24,874 nucleotides of DNA from a virus (Duplodnaviria; Caudoviricetes), in IMG/VR virus record IMGVR_UViG_3300011335_000877, positions 1 through 24,874 of that record; one strand, given 5' to 3'. A program made the translations under genes and the position numbers. The notes below the pieces were generated by a model, which did no database searches, had not been told where the DNA came from, and saw only the letters and a program-made list of their open reading frames with translations. Of the stretch, positions 7,556-17,273 are shown piece by piece (the stretch's first letter is position 1; every line of letters starts with the position of its first letter).

Positions 7556-8017
7556 ATGGCAGTTGCTAATGCAAGGATTATTGGCGGGGTTGCTATTGAG
7601 CAGGCATTAATTAATGCATTTGAAATTTGGGCTAGTGAAGATATTAATGAAGCCCATTGGGATGATCAATTCAAAGGGGAAAAATGGAAATATGATGGCA
7701 TTACTGAACGCGAAAATGGGCAAACAGTTGGCAGCCCTCGTGATATTTATGATTTAGGTAATTTATATCAAAGTGGTGTTGATAGTTTTAAGCTCACTAG
7801 AAGTGCTACAAGTGCTATAGCCTCATGGTATTGGAACGCCACTAATAGAAGTGGAGGACAGTATGCGTGGTATGTTCACGAAGGTTTAGGAACAAACATC
7901 ACGGCAAGACCATTTACTGATGATATTTCCATACCATCGTCTTTTTTTCGCAAAGCTCCCGGCAGGGCTCTTAACCTTAGAGTGGGCGTTGCATTAGAAG
8001 CACTTCATGCAAATTGA
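7556..8017 (+). CDS. Putative neck/tail-completion protein (HK97 gp10-like)
   Basis: PRDIYDLGNLYQS, YAWYVHEG and ARPF motifs resemble the DTG.L..S / YA.YV..G / .RPF signature. Confidence 0.7.
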   Translation: MAVANARIIGGVAIEQALINAFEIWASEDINEAHWDDQFKGEKWKYDGITERENGQTVGSPRDIYDLGNLYQSGVDSFKLTRSATSAIASWYWNATNRSGGQYAWYVHEGLGTNITARPFTDDISIPSSFFRKAPGRALNLRVGVALEALHAN

Positions 8018-8246
8018 TTATCTATGGAGCAAGGATGGTCGTGTTCATGCTATTAATTGTTCTTACGTAGGAGCAAGCATTGAAGCTGGAATTCTTTGCC
8101 TTATAGCATTTCCAGAAGAAACCATTAGAATTTCAAACGAAGATCATTCTTTTTTAGTTGAAGTGCCTAAGGAATTTCGTTCTCAAAACGAAAGGGTGAA
8201 AGTCTTCAACGCCACTTTAAACGTTCTCCACCATGAGCAAGTATAG
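8007..8246 (+). CDS. Hypothetical phage protein
   Basis: 79-aa ORF overlapping both neighbours by 11-14 nt. Confidence 0.65.
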   Translation: MQIDYLWSKDGRVHAINCSYVGASIEAGILCLIAFPEETIRISNEDHSFLVEVPKEFRSQNERVKVFNATLNVLHHEQV

Positions 8247-8778
8247 TTTCCTTCTCCAAAGCGAAGAGCCTGAGTTTTTTGAATTAACTCCTAAAATCCG
8301 TTTGCGTAAGCATGGTGGATGGTTAGTAGCTGAAGGTATTGAACAGGAAGAACTAAGCAAGGTTCAAAGCCAAGCAACGATTCGCGCTGTGCAATTAGCA
8401 AAACGCATTGCCACTACAAAAGATATTCCATTAGACGAAGCATTTGCTCTGTTGCAAGGTGGTGCTGATATGACAGAGATGGAACTACTAAGTGATTTCA
8501 CTGAAGAAACACTTGGCATGATCAATAGCAGCGGTAGTGTTGAAACTGGCAATGCTCGCATGGTAACTGCATTCATCCGCTGCAGGGGTGAAGGTTTAAT
8601 TAAAGACGAATGGTTGCCCCTTGATGATTGGTCCATTGAAGACACTAAGGCCATGGGACGGCGCGTGATTGCAAAAGGCATGGAATTTATTGCTAGCGAG
8701 CAAGAAGCTGAGGCGCAAGAAGCAGGACAAGCAAAAAAAGCACCACGCCGGACGAAGGAAGCATCGCCGAACGTTTAG
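8233..8778 (+). CDS. Tail assembly chaperone (gpG-like)
   Basis: Acidic 181-aa protein upstream of the tape measure gene, with slippery GCA AAA AAA near its 3' end. Confidence 0.8.
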   Translation: MSKYSFLLQSEEPEFFELTPKIRLRKHGGWLVAEGIEQEELSKVQSQATIRAVQLAKRIATTKDIPLDEAFALLQGGADMTEMELLSDFTEETLGMINSSGSVETGNARMVTAFIRCRGEGLIKDEWLPLDDWSIEDTKAMGRRVIAKGMEFIASEQEAEAQEAGQAKKAPRRTKEASPNV

Positions 8779-9209
8779 AAAAACAAGCCCGGCAATTTTT
8801 AAAAAACTTAACCAAATGGGACGATATTTATTTTCGTCTTAATGCGTCAGATTTTAATGATTGCCGATGGGAGGCAGATAGCTTTGGCAGGCAAAGAATG
8901 AAAGACGTGATAAAAGCATTGAAATGGTTGGAACAGCATGATATAACACAATATAATATCAATAGTATTTCAACAGCTAAATTAGGCACTGTTGTAGTAG
9001 GGGCATTAGGCGGAAAAAAAGCAAGGGCGTCAGCAGATGATTTCTTGCCATTTGACACAAGGAAGCTGAAAAAACAAGCTGGCATATCAGACGAAAGCCT
9101 AGTGATACTACAGCGTTTAATGAAAACAAGGCGATTGGATGGTAGAGTGATTTCATTATTGGCAAATGAATTAAAAACTGCTTCTTCGCGTGAACAAGGC
9201 AGTGATTAG
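8739..9209 (+). CDS. gpT-like extension reached by -1 frameshift (gpGT fusion 8233..9209, about 325 aa)
   Basis: The -1 frame is open from 8712 to 9209 (STTPDEGSIAERLEKQARQFLKNLTKWDDIYFRL...DFLPF); first ATG only at 8898; A AAA AAA at 8733-8739 lies in the overlap. Confidence 0.8.
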   Translation, partial: STTPDEGSIAERLEKQARQFLKNLTKWDDIYFRLNASDFNDCRWEADSFGRQRMKDVIKALKWLEQHDITQYNINSISTAKLGTVVVGALGGKKARASADDFLPFDTRKLKKQAGISDESLVILQRLMKTRRLDGRVISLLANELKTASSREQGSD

Positions 9210-9241
9210 CTACACTATTAACAATAGGCTTATTGTCGGAT

Positions 9242-12200
9242 ATGGCTGCTCCTGAGTTAAGACTTAATGTAACGCTGGACCTGGCCTTCTTTAGGACTCA
9301 GGTTCAAAAACTTACAGCTATAGCTGAGGGTGAATTTCGCCCCAAGCTTTTTGTTAAATTAGATATTGACAAAAAAGATTTTGAACAACAATTAAAGGCA
9401 TTAGAAAAAATTAAACCTGTCATTACCATTAAGGACAGTCAAGTAGAGGCAGCAAAAATAAAAATAGGAACGCTAAATAAAAGTTTAGCAACATTAAGAA
9501 GAGCTACTGCTACTCCCATTGAAATTAAAATTAAATATGTAGAAGAAGGAAAACCTCCAACTGGAGCAATTTCAAAGAGCGGTACTTTTCGCCAACGGCT
9601 AACTGGTTTAGATACCGAGCCGATAAAGCAATTGTATGCAGCAGCAGGAAAAGCTGGAATTGTTCAATTTGACGCGGAGATTGCTAAAAATAAAGGCAAA
9701 ATAATTACAGCCTTAAATCAGGCAGGTGAATCATCTGTTACTGGACTGCTAAATGGTTTAAAAAGTAAAGACTCTGCGGTTAAAGCTGCAGCAAAATCCT
9801 TAGGAGATATATTAATTGCAGCCTTAAAACTATCTTTGCAAATTCAATCTCCATCCAAGAGAATGGAAGCGATTGGAGAAGATGCAGGAGATGGTTTTAA
9901 TAAAGGATTAAAAGAAAGTTTAAGCGAGGCAAAGAATTCCGCTGTTACTGAAATGCGGGAACTTGTTGCTGCTTTAAAATCTGAAGCAGCAAAAATTCAG
10001 AATATTTCGGTAGCTCCAAGTTCATTGAGGGGCACCCCAAGACGTGGCACTGGTTTTCGCGCTTTACCAGAAGGGGCATCGCAAGCTGGGGCTGGTGTCG
10101 AATTTAGTGAGATGATGAGGCGTTTTAGGGGAGAAATTGCTGCGTTAACAACTCAACCCCAAAAATACGAACAATTATTAAATGCTTTACCAGATAGAAA
10201 AATCACTACAGATCTGGCTGATGTTGCTTCTAGGCGATCAAGGGCAGCGGAAATGCCTTCTTTTATGCCTATTCAACGTCAATTGGGGCCAGGGGAATTA
10301 GAGAAACAAATTACTGGTGATGTGGCTCGATATTTAAGAAGTATACGCATTCCAAATCCTTGGGTTGGCCCTACTGGTGATTTTCAAAAATTCATAGGCA
10401 ACATTTCTAAAAGCACAAAGCAACTTGGCTCTCAACTGTTATTACCACCATCCAACGCTGTTAAACTTCTCCCTCCGGGATCATCGCCAACATTTCAACA
10501 AGTAGCAGCAGCAAGAACACAAATTGCTTATCAACGATCAGCAGCTCGTAATGCCGCTGTATTGGGTGACCCTTCGGCACCCGTAGGAGGCGGCGGAGGT
10601 GGTGGGGGTGGTGGCTTACCTCCTGGCGGTGGTGGTAGCGTCCCTCCTACACCTCCTTCTGGCGGCGGTAGAGGCGGCGGTTTTTTTAGTGGTATGCAAT
10701 TCAATATGCCTAAACTGCCTGGTGCTGGAATAGTTCAAGGTCTAGGCACTGAGTTTGCGTTTGCTGCGAAACAAGTTTTATTATTTGGAACTGCTTATAA
10801 AGCATTAGCTTTTCTTACAGATTTCCCTTCTCAAGTGGGGTCAGCAGTAGGACAACTGCAAAGTTTTAGAAATACTTTAAATGCTGTTTCACCATCTGCA
10901 CAAGAAGCAGCACAGTCTTCTCAGTTTATTCTTGATGTTGTAGATAAATATAATGTTCCTTTGCAATCGGCTCGTGATGGTTTCACTAAACTCTATGCTT
11001 CAATGCAACCCGCTGGTTTTGGCGGCAATGAAATTCGTGATTTGTTTTTAGGTATCAGCCAAGCAGCAGCCACTTTTGGTATGAGTGCTGACAAGGTTGA
11101 TCGCGTTAATTATGCATTTGCTCAAATGGCTAGTAAAGGCCAGGTAATGAGCGAAGAGCTTAAAGGGCAATTAGGTGATGTTTTACCTGGCTCTATGGCG
11201 CTTTTTGCTGAAGCCGCTGGTTTCAAAGGACCACAAGCAATTACTAAGTTTTCCAAAGCGCTAGAAGATGGAGTATATAAGGGCAGTGCAATGAAAACTT
11301 TGCTCACAAATGTGGGCATAGTTATGAGAAAAGAATTTGGACCTGGAGCTGAAGGTGCTGCAAAAACCTTTCAAGGTTCAATTAATAGAATGCAAAATTC
11401 TTTAAAACTGTTTTATGAAACTTTTGAACCTGTAGCTGTTGGTTTCTTGAACGCTGTTGTCATGCCTATGACAAGCGGCATCAAAACTCTTACTGATGGT
11501 TTTAATGCTTTCTTTGCGGGGCAAGCAGCTCAGACGGCAGGCGGCAATGCCTTAGCTCAACAGTTGGAACAATTACGTCCGGCTTTTGATGGAATACGAA
11601 ATAATATTGCACAAATCTTACCATTGTTGCAAAGTTTTGGAAAGACTGCATTGTCGTTGGGTTCGATTTTATTACAAATTGCAGGCAATCCATTTGTTGG
11701 ATACTTGGCTCGTGTGTATTTAGCCGTACTTCCCCTTACCATTGCCATCCAAGCACTTAATCTCAGCGCACTTATCCCACTAATAAGAAATTTACTTGCG
11801 GCAGTTCCTGCTTTTGTAGCATTCACAGCATCGCAACTCCGAGGAATGAGTACGCTGGGATCATTTAAAGCCGCAACGTATGGGTTGGGTTTAACGGCTG
11901 CTGCGACGGGAGTGAAAATCAGACTTCTTTCTGGAATTATTAAAACTGCATTTGCTACCACTGTTATAGGAGTGGCTTTGTTGGGGATTGGAATGTTGAT
12001 TGAAAAATTAATGATGGCTGGATTCAAAGCGGATGAAGCAAAGCAAAAAATGTTGCAATTTGCTGATTCTGTTAAGCAAGCAGGTAAAGCTGGTGACGTG
12101 GCAGGGCTGGTAACCACGTTGGCAGAAGAGAAAGGGATGACAAAAAGAATGCAAAATGCAAAAGCGTTATTAGAAAAAATAAAAGAAGGAAAGAAAAGTA

Positions 12201-14503
12201 TTAGCGAGCAACAAGCACAAGAACTAAAAGCTCTTGGGCTTACCTCAAACATGGCCTTCTTTCAAGAAGGTGGGCCCAAGAATTTATCTAAAAATTTGAC
12301 AGTGCAAGTTTCAATGTTTGGTGTACTTGAGGCAAATATTCAAGCTGCTCAACAAGGTTACCTTGAAGGACAAACAAAAATTATACAAACTCAAAAAGCA
12401 TTAAATGAAGCAAAAACTAAACAAGTAGAAGAAGAAAAGAAGCTTGAAAAAATCAAGCTTGAAGGCGGTGATGGTGGTAAAGCTGCTGAGAGGGAAGCAG
12501 AGAGACAAGCAAAACTACAAGATAAACTTGCGAACAGGCAGGATCAATTAGCACTAGAAGCAGCAAACCGTCAAGTAGCTCTTGATCAAAGCACTTTTGA
12601 TAGTCGTTTAAGAATGAGTGATGCTGAATATGATCATGAGAGAGCATTGCAAGATGACTATTTTGAACGTAAAATGTCAGGGCTTGACTCCATTGAAGCT
12701 CGTCAAAAGAAGTTCCAACAAGACTTGCAAGCCATTGAAAACCGTCGTATTGATAGTATTAGAAAAGCAGAATTAGATGCAGTTAAAGCTGTTCAAGATT
12801 TAAGATCAGCAAGTATAAAAGCAGCAGCCGTAACTGGGAGCGCCTCAGGAGATTCTTCTAAATACGTTGATAGAAGCGTGTTGCGGAAATATTTAGAATC
12901 CGAAGGATTTGGTCGTACAAGCGGAGATTTTACTAATAAAGGTCACAAGACGCCTGATCACATGCGTAATGCAATGGATTATGGAATTATGGGAGGGAGC
13001 GATGCAGACGCACTACGTAAAACAATTGCAATGGAAAGAAAGCTGAAGGCTACTGGAGCATTTGGCGATCAACTTTTTGGTCCTGAACGCGATCCGTATG
13101 GACATGGAGCTGGGAAAGGTGGTCAAAATATTCATTTACATATACCAACCCCTGACGGACAAATTAAATTAACACCCGGATTATCTAATTTGATCGGAGG
13201 AGAAGGCTTGCAAAGCAGTGCGGTTGGTCTTAATACAAGATCAGGCGCTTTTGCGATGGGGCGTCGTGAAGACAAGCTTGAAGGTCAACTAGCAGTAGAG
13301 CAACAGGATGCGCAAAATAAAGCCTTAGAAAAATTAGAAACAATCAGAAGAGCAAACAATCTTGCACTTGAGCAAACCATCACCTTAGTAAAGCAAAATA
13401 TAGATTCTATCTTCCCAGTAAAAGAGCAACAACTAGAGAACGATCTGCTTGAAATGCGCAATAATCTGGAGCTAAAAGGCACCTCCAAAGAAATTATTGA
13501 TATGGAAGTACAAAAATACAAAGCAGTTAAAGAAAATGCACATAACTTGCAAATGTTAAACGAAAAAATAGCTAAAAACAACGAGGAATTAACAAAATTA
13601 AAAGGCAAAAAAATTACGACGGAAGAAGAAAAAGAGCAAATAAAATTCTTGACAGATCAAATTAAAGCATATAAACTTGCTATTACTGGCATTCCAGAGC
13701 AGCAAAGATTATTTAATGAGCAACTAGAAAAAACTGCTGCGTTAGCTGTTGAATCACCAATGGTTAAATTGGCGAAACAATTAAATGAAACCAAGAAAGA
13801 ATTAATAGAAATAGGTAGTGCATCTTCAATCGCAATTGGCAGTGCTAAAGCTATTGGAGAAGCATTTGGCAATTCATTTAAATCCATGATCAGCGGCAGT
13901 GCAACTGTTCAGCAATCTTTTGCTTCTTTGTTTCAAAGTGTTGGGGATTATTTCCTGGATATGGCTAGTCGAATAATTACTAAATATATTGAAATGCAAG
14001 CAATACAAGGGCTTATGAGTATATTTAACATGTTTGCCCCTGGCGCTGCTGCTGGCGGAGGCTTTGCTTTAGGCGGCCCCGGTGGGCAAGGGGCTGCTGG
14101 TAGTTACGGTAGTGCCATGAGCCCTACATCTTCATTGCCTTCATTCACAGGAGGGGCGGGTTTTCAGCCTGTCAGCATGGGTGCTTTTGGCATACAACAA
14201 TTCGCCTCGGGCGGCATCGTTCAAGGCCCTACATTGGGTCTCGTAGGCGAAGGCAAATACAACGAAGCCATCATTCCACTTCCCGATGGCAAAAGCGTTC
14301 CCGTTGATCTTGGAGGCATGTCTGACGGCTTAGGTAATAACATCACTAGCAATATTGTTGTAAACGTAAGTTCCGATGGACAAAGCACAAGCAATGCCAA
14401 CGGTTCTAATTCTGTAGACTTAGGACGTAAAATTGAAGGAGCTGTAAAACAAGTGATCGTGGCTGAATTAAGACCAGGCGGTGTCCTAGCCGGGAGGCGT
14501 TAA
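9242..14503 (+). CDS. Tail tape measure protein (about 1753 aa) with an embedded putative Zn-peptidase domain
   Basis: Tape-measure motif AFAQMASKGQVMSEELKGQLGD, hydrophobic segment, long coiled coils, C-terminal FASGGIVQGPTLGLVGEG..EAIIPL. ATG 9242 is preferred to TTG 9233. Confidence 0.96.
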   Translation: MAAPELRLNVTLDLAFFRTQVQKLTAIAEGEFRPKLFVKLDIDKKDFEQQLKALEKIKPVITIKDSQVEAAKIKIGTLNKSLATLRRATATPIEIKIKYVEEGKPPTGAISKSGTFRQRLTGLDTEPIKQLYAAAGKAGIVQFDAEIAKNKGKIITALNQAGESSVTGLLNGLKSKDSAVKAAAKSLGDILIAALKLSLQIQSPSKRMEAIGEDAGDGFNKGLKESLSEAKNSAVTEMRELVAALKSEAAKIQNISVAPSSLRGTPRRGTGFRALPEGASQAGAGVEFSEMMRRFRGEIAALTTQPQKYEQLLNALPDRKITTDLADVASRRSRAAEMPSFMPIQRQLGPGELEKQITGDVARYLRSIRIPNPWVGPTGDFQKFIGNISKSTKQLGSQLLLPPSNAVKLLPPGSSPTFQQVAAARTQIAYQRSAARNAAVLGDPSAPVGGGGGGGGGGLPPGGGGSVPPTPPSGGGRGGGFFSGMQFNMPKLPGAGIVQGLGTEFAFAAKQVLLFGTAYKALAFLTDFPSQVGSAVGQLQSFRNTLNAVSPSAQEAAQSSQFILDVVDKYNVPLQSARDGFTKLYASMQPAGFGGNEIRDLFLGISQAAATFGMSADKVDRVNYAFAQMASKGQVMSEELKGQLGDVLPGSMALFAEAAGFKGPQAITKFSKALEDGVYKGSAMKTLLTNVGIVMRKEFGPGAEGAAKTFQGSINRMQNSLKLFYETFEPVAVGFLNAVVMPMTSGIKTLTDGFNAFFAGQAAQTAGGNALAQQLEQLRPAFDGIRNNIAQILPLLQSFGKTALSLGSILLQIAGNPFVGYLARVYLAVLPLTIAIQALNLSALIPLIRNLLAAVPAFVAFTASQLRGMSTLGSFKAATYGLGLTAAATGVKIRLLSGIIKTAFATTVIGVALLGIGMLIEKLMMAGFKADEAKQKMLQFADSVKQAGKAGDVAGLVTTLAEEKGMTKRMQNAKALLEKIKEGKKSISEQQAQELKALGLTSNMAFFQEGGPKNLSKNLTVQVSMFGVLEANIQAAQQGYLEGQTKIIQTQKALNEAKTKQVEEEKKLEKIKLEGGDGGKAAEREAERQAKLQDKLANRQDQLALEAANRQVALDQSTFDSRLRMSDAEYDHERALQDDYFERKMSGLDSIEARQKKFQQDLQAIENRRIDSIRKAELDAVKAVQDLRSASIKAAAVTGSASGDSSKYVDRSVLRKYLESEGFGRTSGDFTNKGHKTPDHMRNAMDYGIMGGSDADALRKTIAMERKLKATGAFGDQLFGPERDPYGHGAGKGGQNIHLHIPTPDGQIKLTPGLSNLIGGEGLQSSAVGLNTRSGAFAMGRREDKLEGQLAVEQQDAQNKALEKLETIRRANNLALEQTITLVKQNIDSIFPVKEQQLENDLLEMRNNLELKGTSKEIIDMEVQKYKAVKENAHNLQMLNEKIAKNNEELTKLKGKKITTEEEKEQIKFLTDQIKAYKLAITGIPEQQRLFNEQLEKTAALAVESPMVKLAKQLNETKKELIEIGSASSIAIGSAKAIGEAFGNSFKSMISGSATVQQSFASLFQSVGDYFLDMASRIITKYIEMQAIQGLMSIFNMFAPGAAAGGGFALGGPGGQGAAGSYGSAMSPTSSLPSFTGGAGFQPVSMGAFGIQQFASGGIVQGPTLGLVGEGKYNEAIIPLPDGKSVPVDLGGMSDGLGNNITSNIVVNVSSDGQSTSNANGSNSVDLGRKIEGAVKQVIVAELRPGGVLAGRR

Positions 14504-14505
14504 TC

Positions 14506-14859
14506 ATGACCCAACCAACATTAGCTTTACCTTGTGAATACGGACTTACAGTTGTAAGAGGCACTCGCACTAAAGAAACAAAATTTGGAGATGGTTATGC
14601 GCAAATAGCTCCTGATGGCATCAACAATGAAATTAGAAAATATCAAATTGATACAGTGCCTATTGCTGATTCAATTGCCATGGCATTAGATGCGCAGCTA
14701 GCAGCACTACAAGGTGATTTCTTTTATTCGCAATTTTTCATGGATGATCGTTTGTATAAATACAGACTTACGCCAAACCAATGGCAATGGGTTAGTATGG
14801 GGCCAAATAGCAACAAATTTTCTTTTTCCGTAGAAAGGATTTACGATGCTAGAAGCTGA
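14506..14859 (+). CDS. Minor tail (distal tail) protein, lambda gpM-like
   Basis: KFGDGYAQIAPDGIN signature; directly after the tape measure gene. Confidence 0.92.
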   Translation: MTQPTLALPCEYGLTVVRGTRTKETKFGDGYAQIAPDGINNEIRKYQIDTVPIADSIAMALDAQLAALQGDFFYSQFFMDDRLYKYRLTPNQWQWVSMGPNSNKFSFSVERIYDARS

Positions 14860-15964
14860 TGTTCAAAAAGGATGGCATGATGCCATTGTTGAAATGTATG
14901 ATATTGACTTGTCTCCTATTACGGGGGATGCTAATGATATTTATTATTTTACTAATCAATTAAAACCTGACTCTTCTGCTATTGAATGGAAAGGCAATAC
15001 TTATGATGCATTGCCAATTATATCAACGGGATATGAACGTAATACCACTGGGCAAATTGCACAGCCATCTTTAACTGTTGCCAATATCTTAGGAACATTT
15101 AGCACGGCAATTGCTGATTATGATGATTTAGTAGGTGCTAAAGTTACAAGACGACGAACATTCGCTAAATACTTAGATGGCGAACCTTTAGCTGATACAA
15201 CACAAGAATTTCCCGTTGATATTTTTTACATTGAACGTAAAATTGAAGAATCTGCATTAGTAATTTCTTGGCAATTAAATAGTGTGATGGACTTGGAGGG
15301 GTTGCAATTACCCCGCCGCGTTATTACGCAGAATCATTGTTTATGGAAGTATCGCAGTAGTGAATGCAGTTATACTGGTCCACCAATATTTACAAAAGAT
15401 GATGAGCCTATAAGTTTAGCTGGGGCCAGTGCAGAAGCTATAGCTGTAATTAATGGTTTTGCCTTAAAAGAACAACGAGAAAGAGAATATAAAACTGCAC
15501 TTGCTGTCAGCAATAGCGCCAAGCATACTCAGCTTAATGTTTGTGCGCCCTATTCATTACTAGAAAGCAAATATGAACCTGGCACTTATCTTGTTGATCC
15601 AGCTCAAGCATTATGGGCGGGCGTTCCCGTCGCATTAGGGATTCAATATAGACAAGGCCCGCAAGCTTTCTACGAAGAGAGCAGCAATCGCTATGAATAT
15701 TTTATTGAAGAATGGGGATACAACGATGCGGGTTGTGCTGCTGCCACTGCATACTTGGCTACAGCGCAAGCTAATGTTACAACAGCCCTTAATGCTTTAA
15801 ATGATTCTATTACTGCATTAAACAATGCTATTACTGCATTGCCAGTGGATGATCCTGTATTTAGTCTTGATATATGCGGAAAACGTATAAAAAGCTGCCA
15901 ATTAAGATTTCCAAATCAATCTTTACCATTCGGCGCTTTTCCTGGTGCTAACCTCGTCCGATGA
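14846..15964 (+). CDS. Minor tail protein, lambda gpL-like, with a large insertion
   Basis: PSLTVANI, DLVGAKVTRRRTFAKYLD, LPRRVI..HCLWKYRSSECSYTG, DICGKRIKSCQLRF, LPFGAFPG. Confidence 0.93.
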   Translation: MLEADVQKGWHDAIVEMYDIDLSPITGDANDIYYFTNQLKPDSSAIEWKGNTYDALPIISTGYERNTTGQIAQPSLTVANILGTFSTAIADYDDLVGAKVTRRRTFAKYLDGEPLADTTQEFPVDIFYIERKIEESALVISWQLNSVMDLEGLQLPRRVITQNHCLWKYRSSECSYTGPPIFTKDDEPISLAGASAEAIAVINGFALKEQREREYKTALAVSNSAKHTQLNVCAPYSLLESKYEPGTYLVDPAQALWAGVPVALGIQYRQGPQAFYEESSNRYEYFIEEWGYNDAGCAAATAYLATAQANVTTALNALNDSITALNNAITALPVDDPVFSLDICGKRIKSCQLRFPNQSLPFGAFPGANLVR

Positions 15965-16680
15965 TCCAGCAATTCTCAGCATTGTATGCCACCATGAAAA
16001 TTCATGCTATGCAGTGTTTTCCTCAAGAAGCATGTGGTTTAATCGTAAATAACAAATATTTACCTTGTGATAATATGCATTCTTTACCATTGGAATATTT
16101 TGCCATTGACGCAAAAGACTATGCAAAAGCATCGGCCAAAGGAGACATTCAAGCAGTATTTCATTCTCATCCAAATCAATTAAATAATTTTAGTGTTCAT
16201 GATATTGAAGCATGTAAACATAGTAAATTGCCATGGGTTTTGTATTGTACAGGCACTAATGAATGGTTGGAAATTGATCCATCAGGAAATGCGCCTTATC
16301 TAGGCAGACCATGGCAATATGGTATTTATGATTGCTATGCATTGATGAAAGATTTTTACAACAGAGAATTTGGCATTGTGTTGGATGATTTTAATCGTGG
16401 CCAAGAAGGCGAGTGGGAAAATCCCGAATGGCGTATGTTTGAAAAAAATGTAGAACAACAAGGTTTTATTGATTACAATGGTCCATTAAAAAAAGGAGAT
16501 ATGTTATTAATGCAATTACAATCTCGTTTTCCTAATCATGCTGGTTTTATAGTTGCACCTTCGTCTAATATTTTTTATCATCATTTGATGGGGCGCATTT
16601 CAGAACAAAATGTTTATGGTGGCTATTGGGCTAAGGTAACAAATAGAATATTGAGACACAGGGATTTATTATGCAATTAA
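15961..16680 (+). CDS. Tail tip assembly protein, lambda gpK-like (JAB/MPN plus NlpC/P60)
   Basis: EACGL, HSHP....S..D (JAB), PYLGR, DCY and NHAG (NlpC/P60). Confidence 0.93.
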   Translation: MIQQFSALYATMKIHAMQCFPQEACGLIVNNKYLPCDNMHSLPLEYFAIDAKDYAKASAKGDIQAVFHSHPNQLNNFSVHDIEACKHSKLPWVLYCTGTNEWLEIDPSGNAPYLGRPWQYGIYDCYALMKDFYNREFGIVLDDFNRGQEGEWENPEWRMFEKNVEQQGFIDYNGPLKKGDMLLMQLQSRFPNHAGFIVAPSSNIFYHHLMGRISEQNVYGGYWAKVTNRILRHRDLLCN

Positions 16681-17273
16681 TTAAAGTGAAACTGCTAGGG
16701 GAGCTGGGGCGACAATTTGGCCGCAGCTATGAATTCATGGCTAATTCGCCTAAGGATGTAATGTCAGCATTGTGTAATCAATTGGATGGATTTAAGCAAT
16801 ACATGGCGGATGCGCATGAACATGGCATTGGTTTCAAGCTTGTAGATGAAGATCCAGATGGTATGGATTATGCCAATGTGTTAATGGGCTGTAGACGACT
16901 TGTAATTGCACCAGTCATTAGTGGTGGTGGCACTGTAGGGCGAATTTTAGTTGGCGTGGCATTAATTGCATTAGCTTTTGTTCCAGTTATTGGTGCTGCT
17001 GCAATTGGTACTTTTGGTGCAACGCCAATTGGTGTAGGAAGTTTATTGTTTAGCTTTGGTACGGGCATGGTTTTAACTGGTATTGCATCATTACTTACGC
17101 CACCAGTGGAAGCGCCAAAAGGAGATGCAGAACGTAAAGATAGTTTTTTGTTTGATCGCGCTGCAGAATTAACTTCACAAGGGGCACCAATACCTTTACT
17201 TTATGGTAGATTTCTTGCTCAAAGCCCTTTAATTATTAGTTCATCACTTTCCACTCAACAAGTGGCAGCGTAA
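16671..17273 (+). CDS. Tail assembly protein, lambda gpI-like
   Basis: VKLLGELGRQFGR, APVISG, hydrophobic middle, SFLF...QGAPIPLLYGR. Confidence 0.93.
   Translation: MQLIKVKLLGELGRQFGRSYEFMANSPKDVMSALCNQLDGFKQYMADAHEHGIGFKLVDEDPDGMDYANVLMGCRRLVIAPVISGGGTVGRILVGVALIALAFVPVIGAAAIGTFGATPIGVGSLLFSFGTGMVLTGIASLLTPPVEAPKGDAERKDSFLFDRAAELTSQGAPIPLLYGRFLAQSPLIISSSLSTQQVAA

Noticed and set aside
11557-12252. 231-aa antisense ORF inside the tape measure gene, and the other antisense or alternate-frame ORFs in the track (e.g. 3640..4152, 3497..3847, 17311..17664, 24478..24735)
   Set aside because: They are fully nested in well-supported genes, have no recognisable motifs and look like codon-bias shadows.
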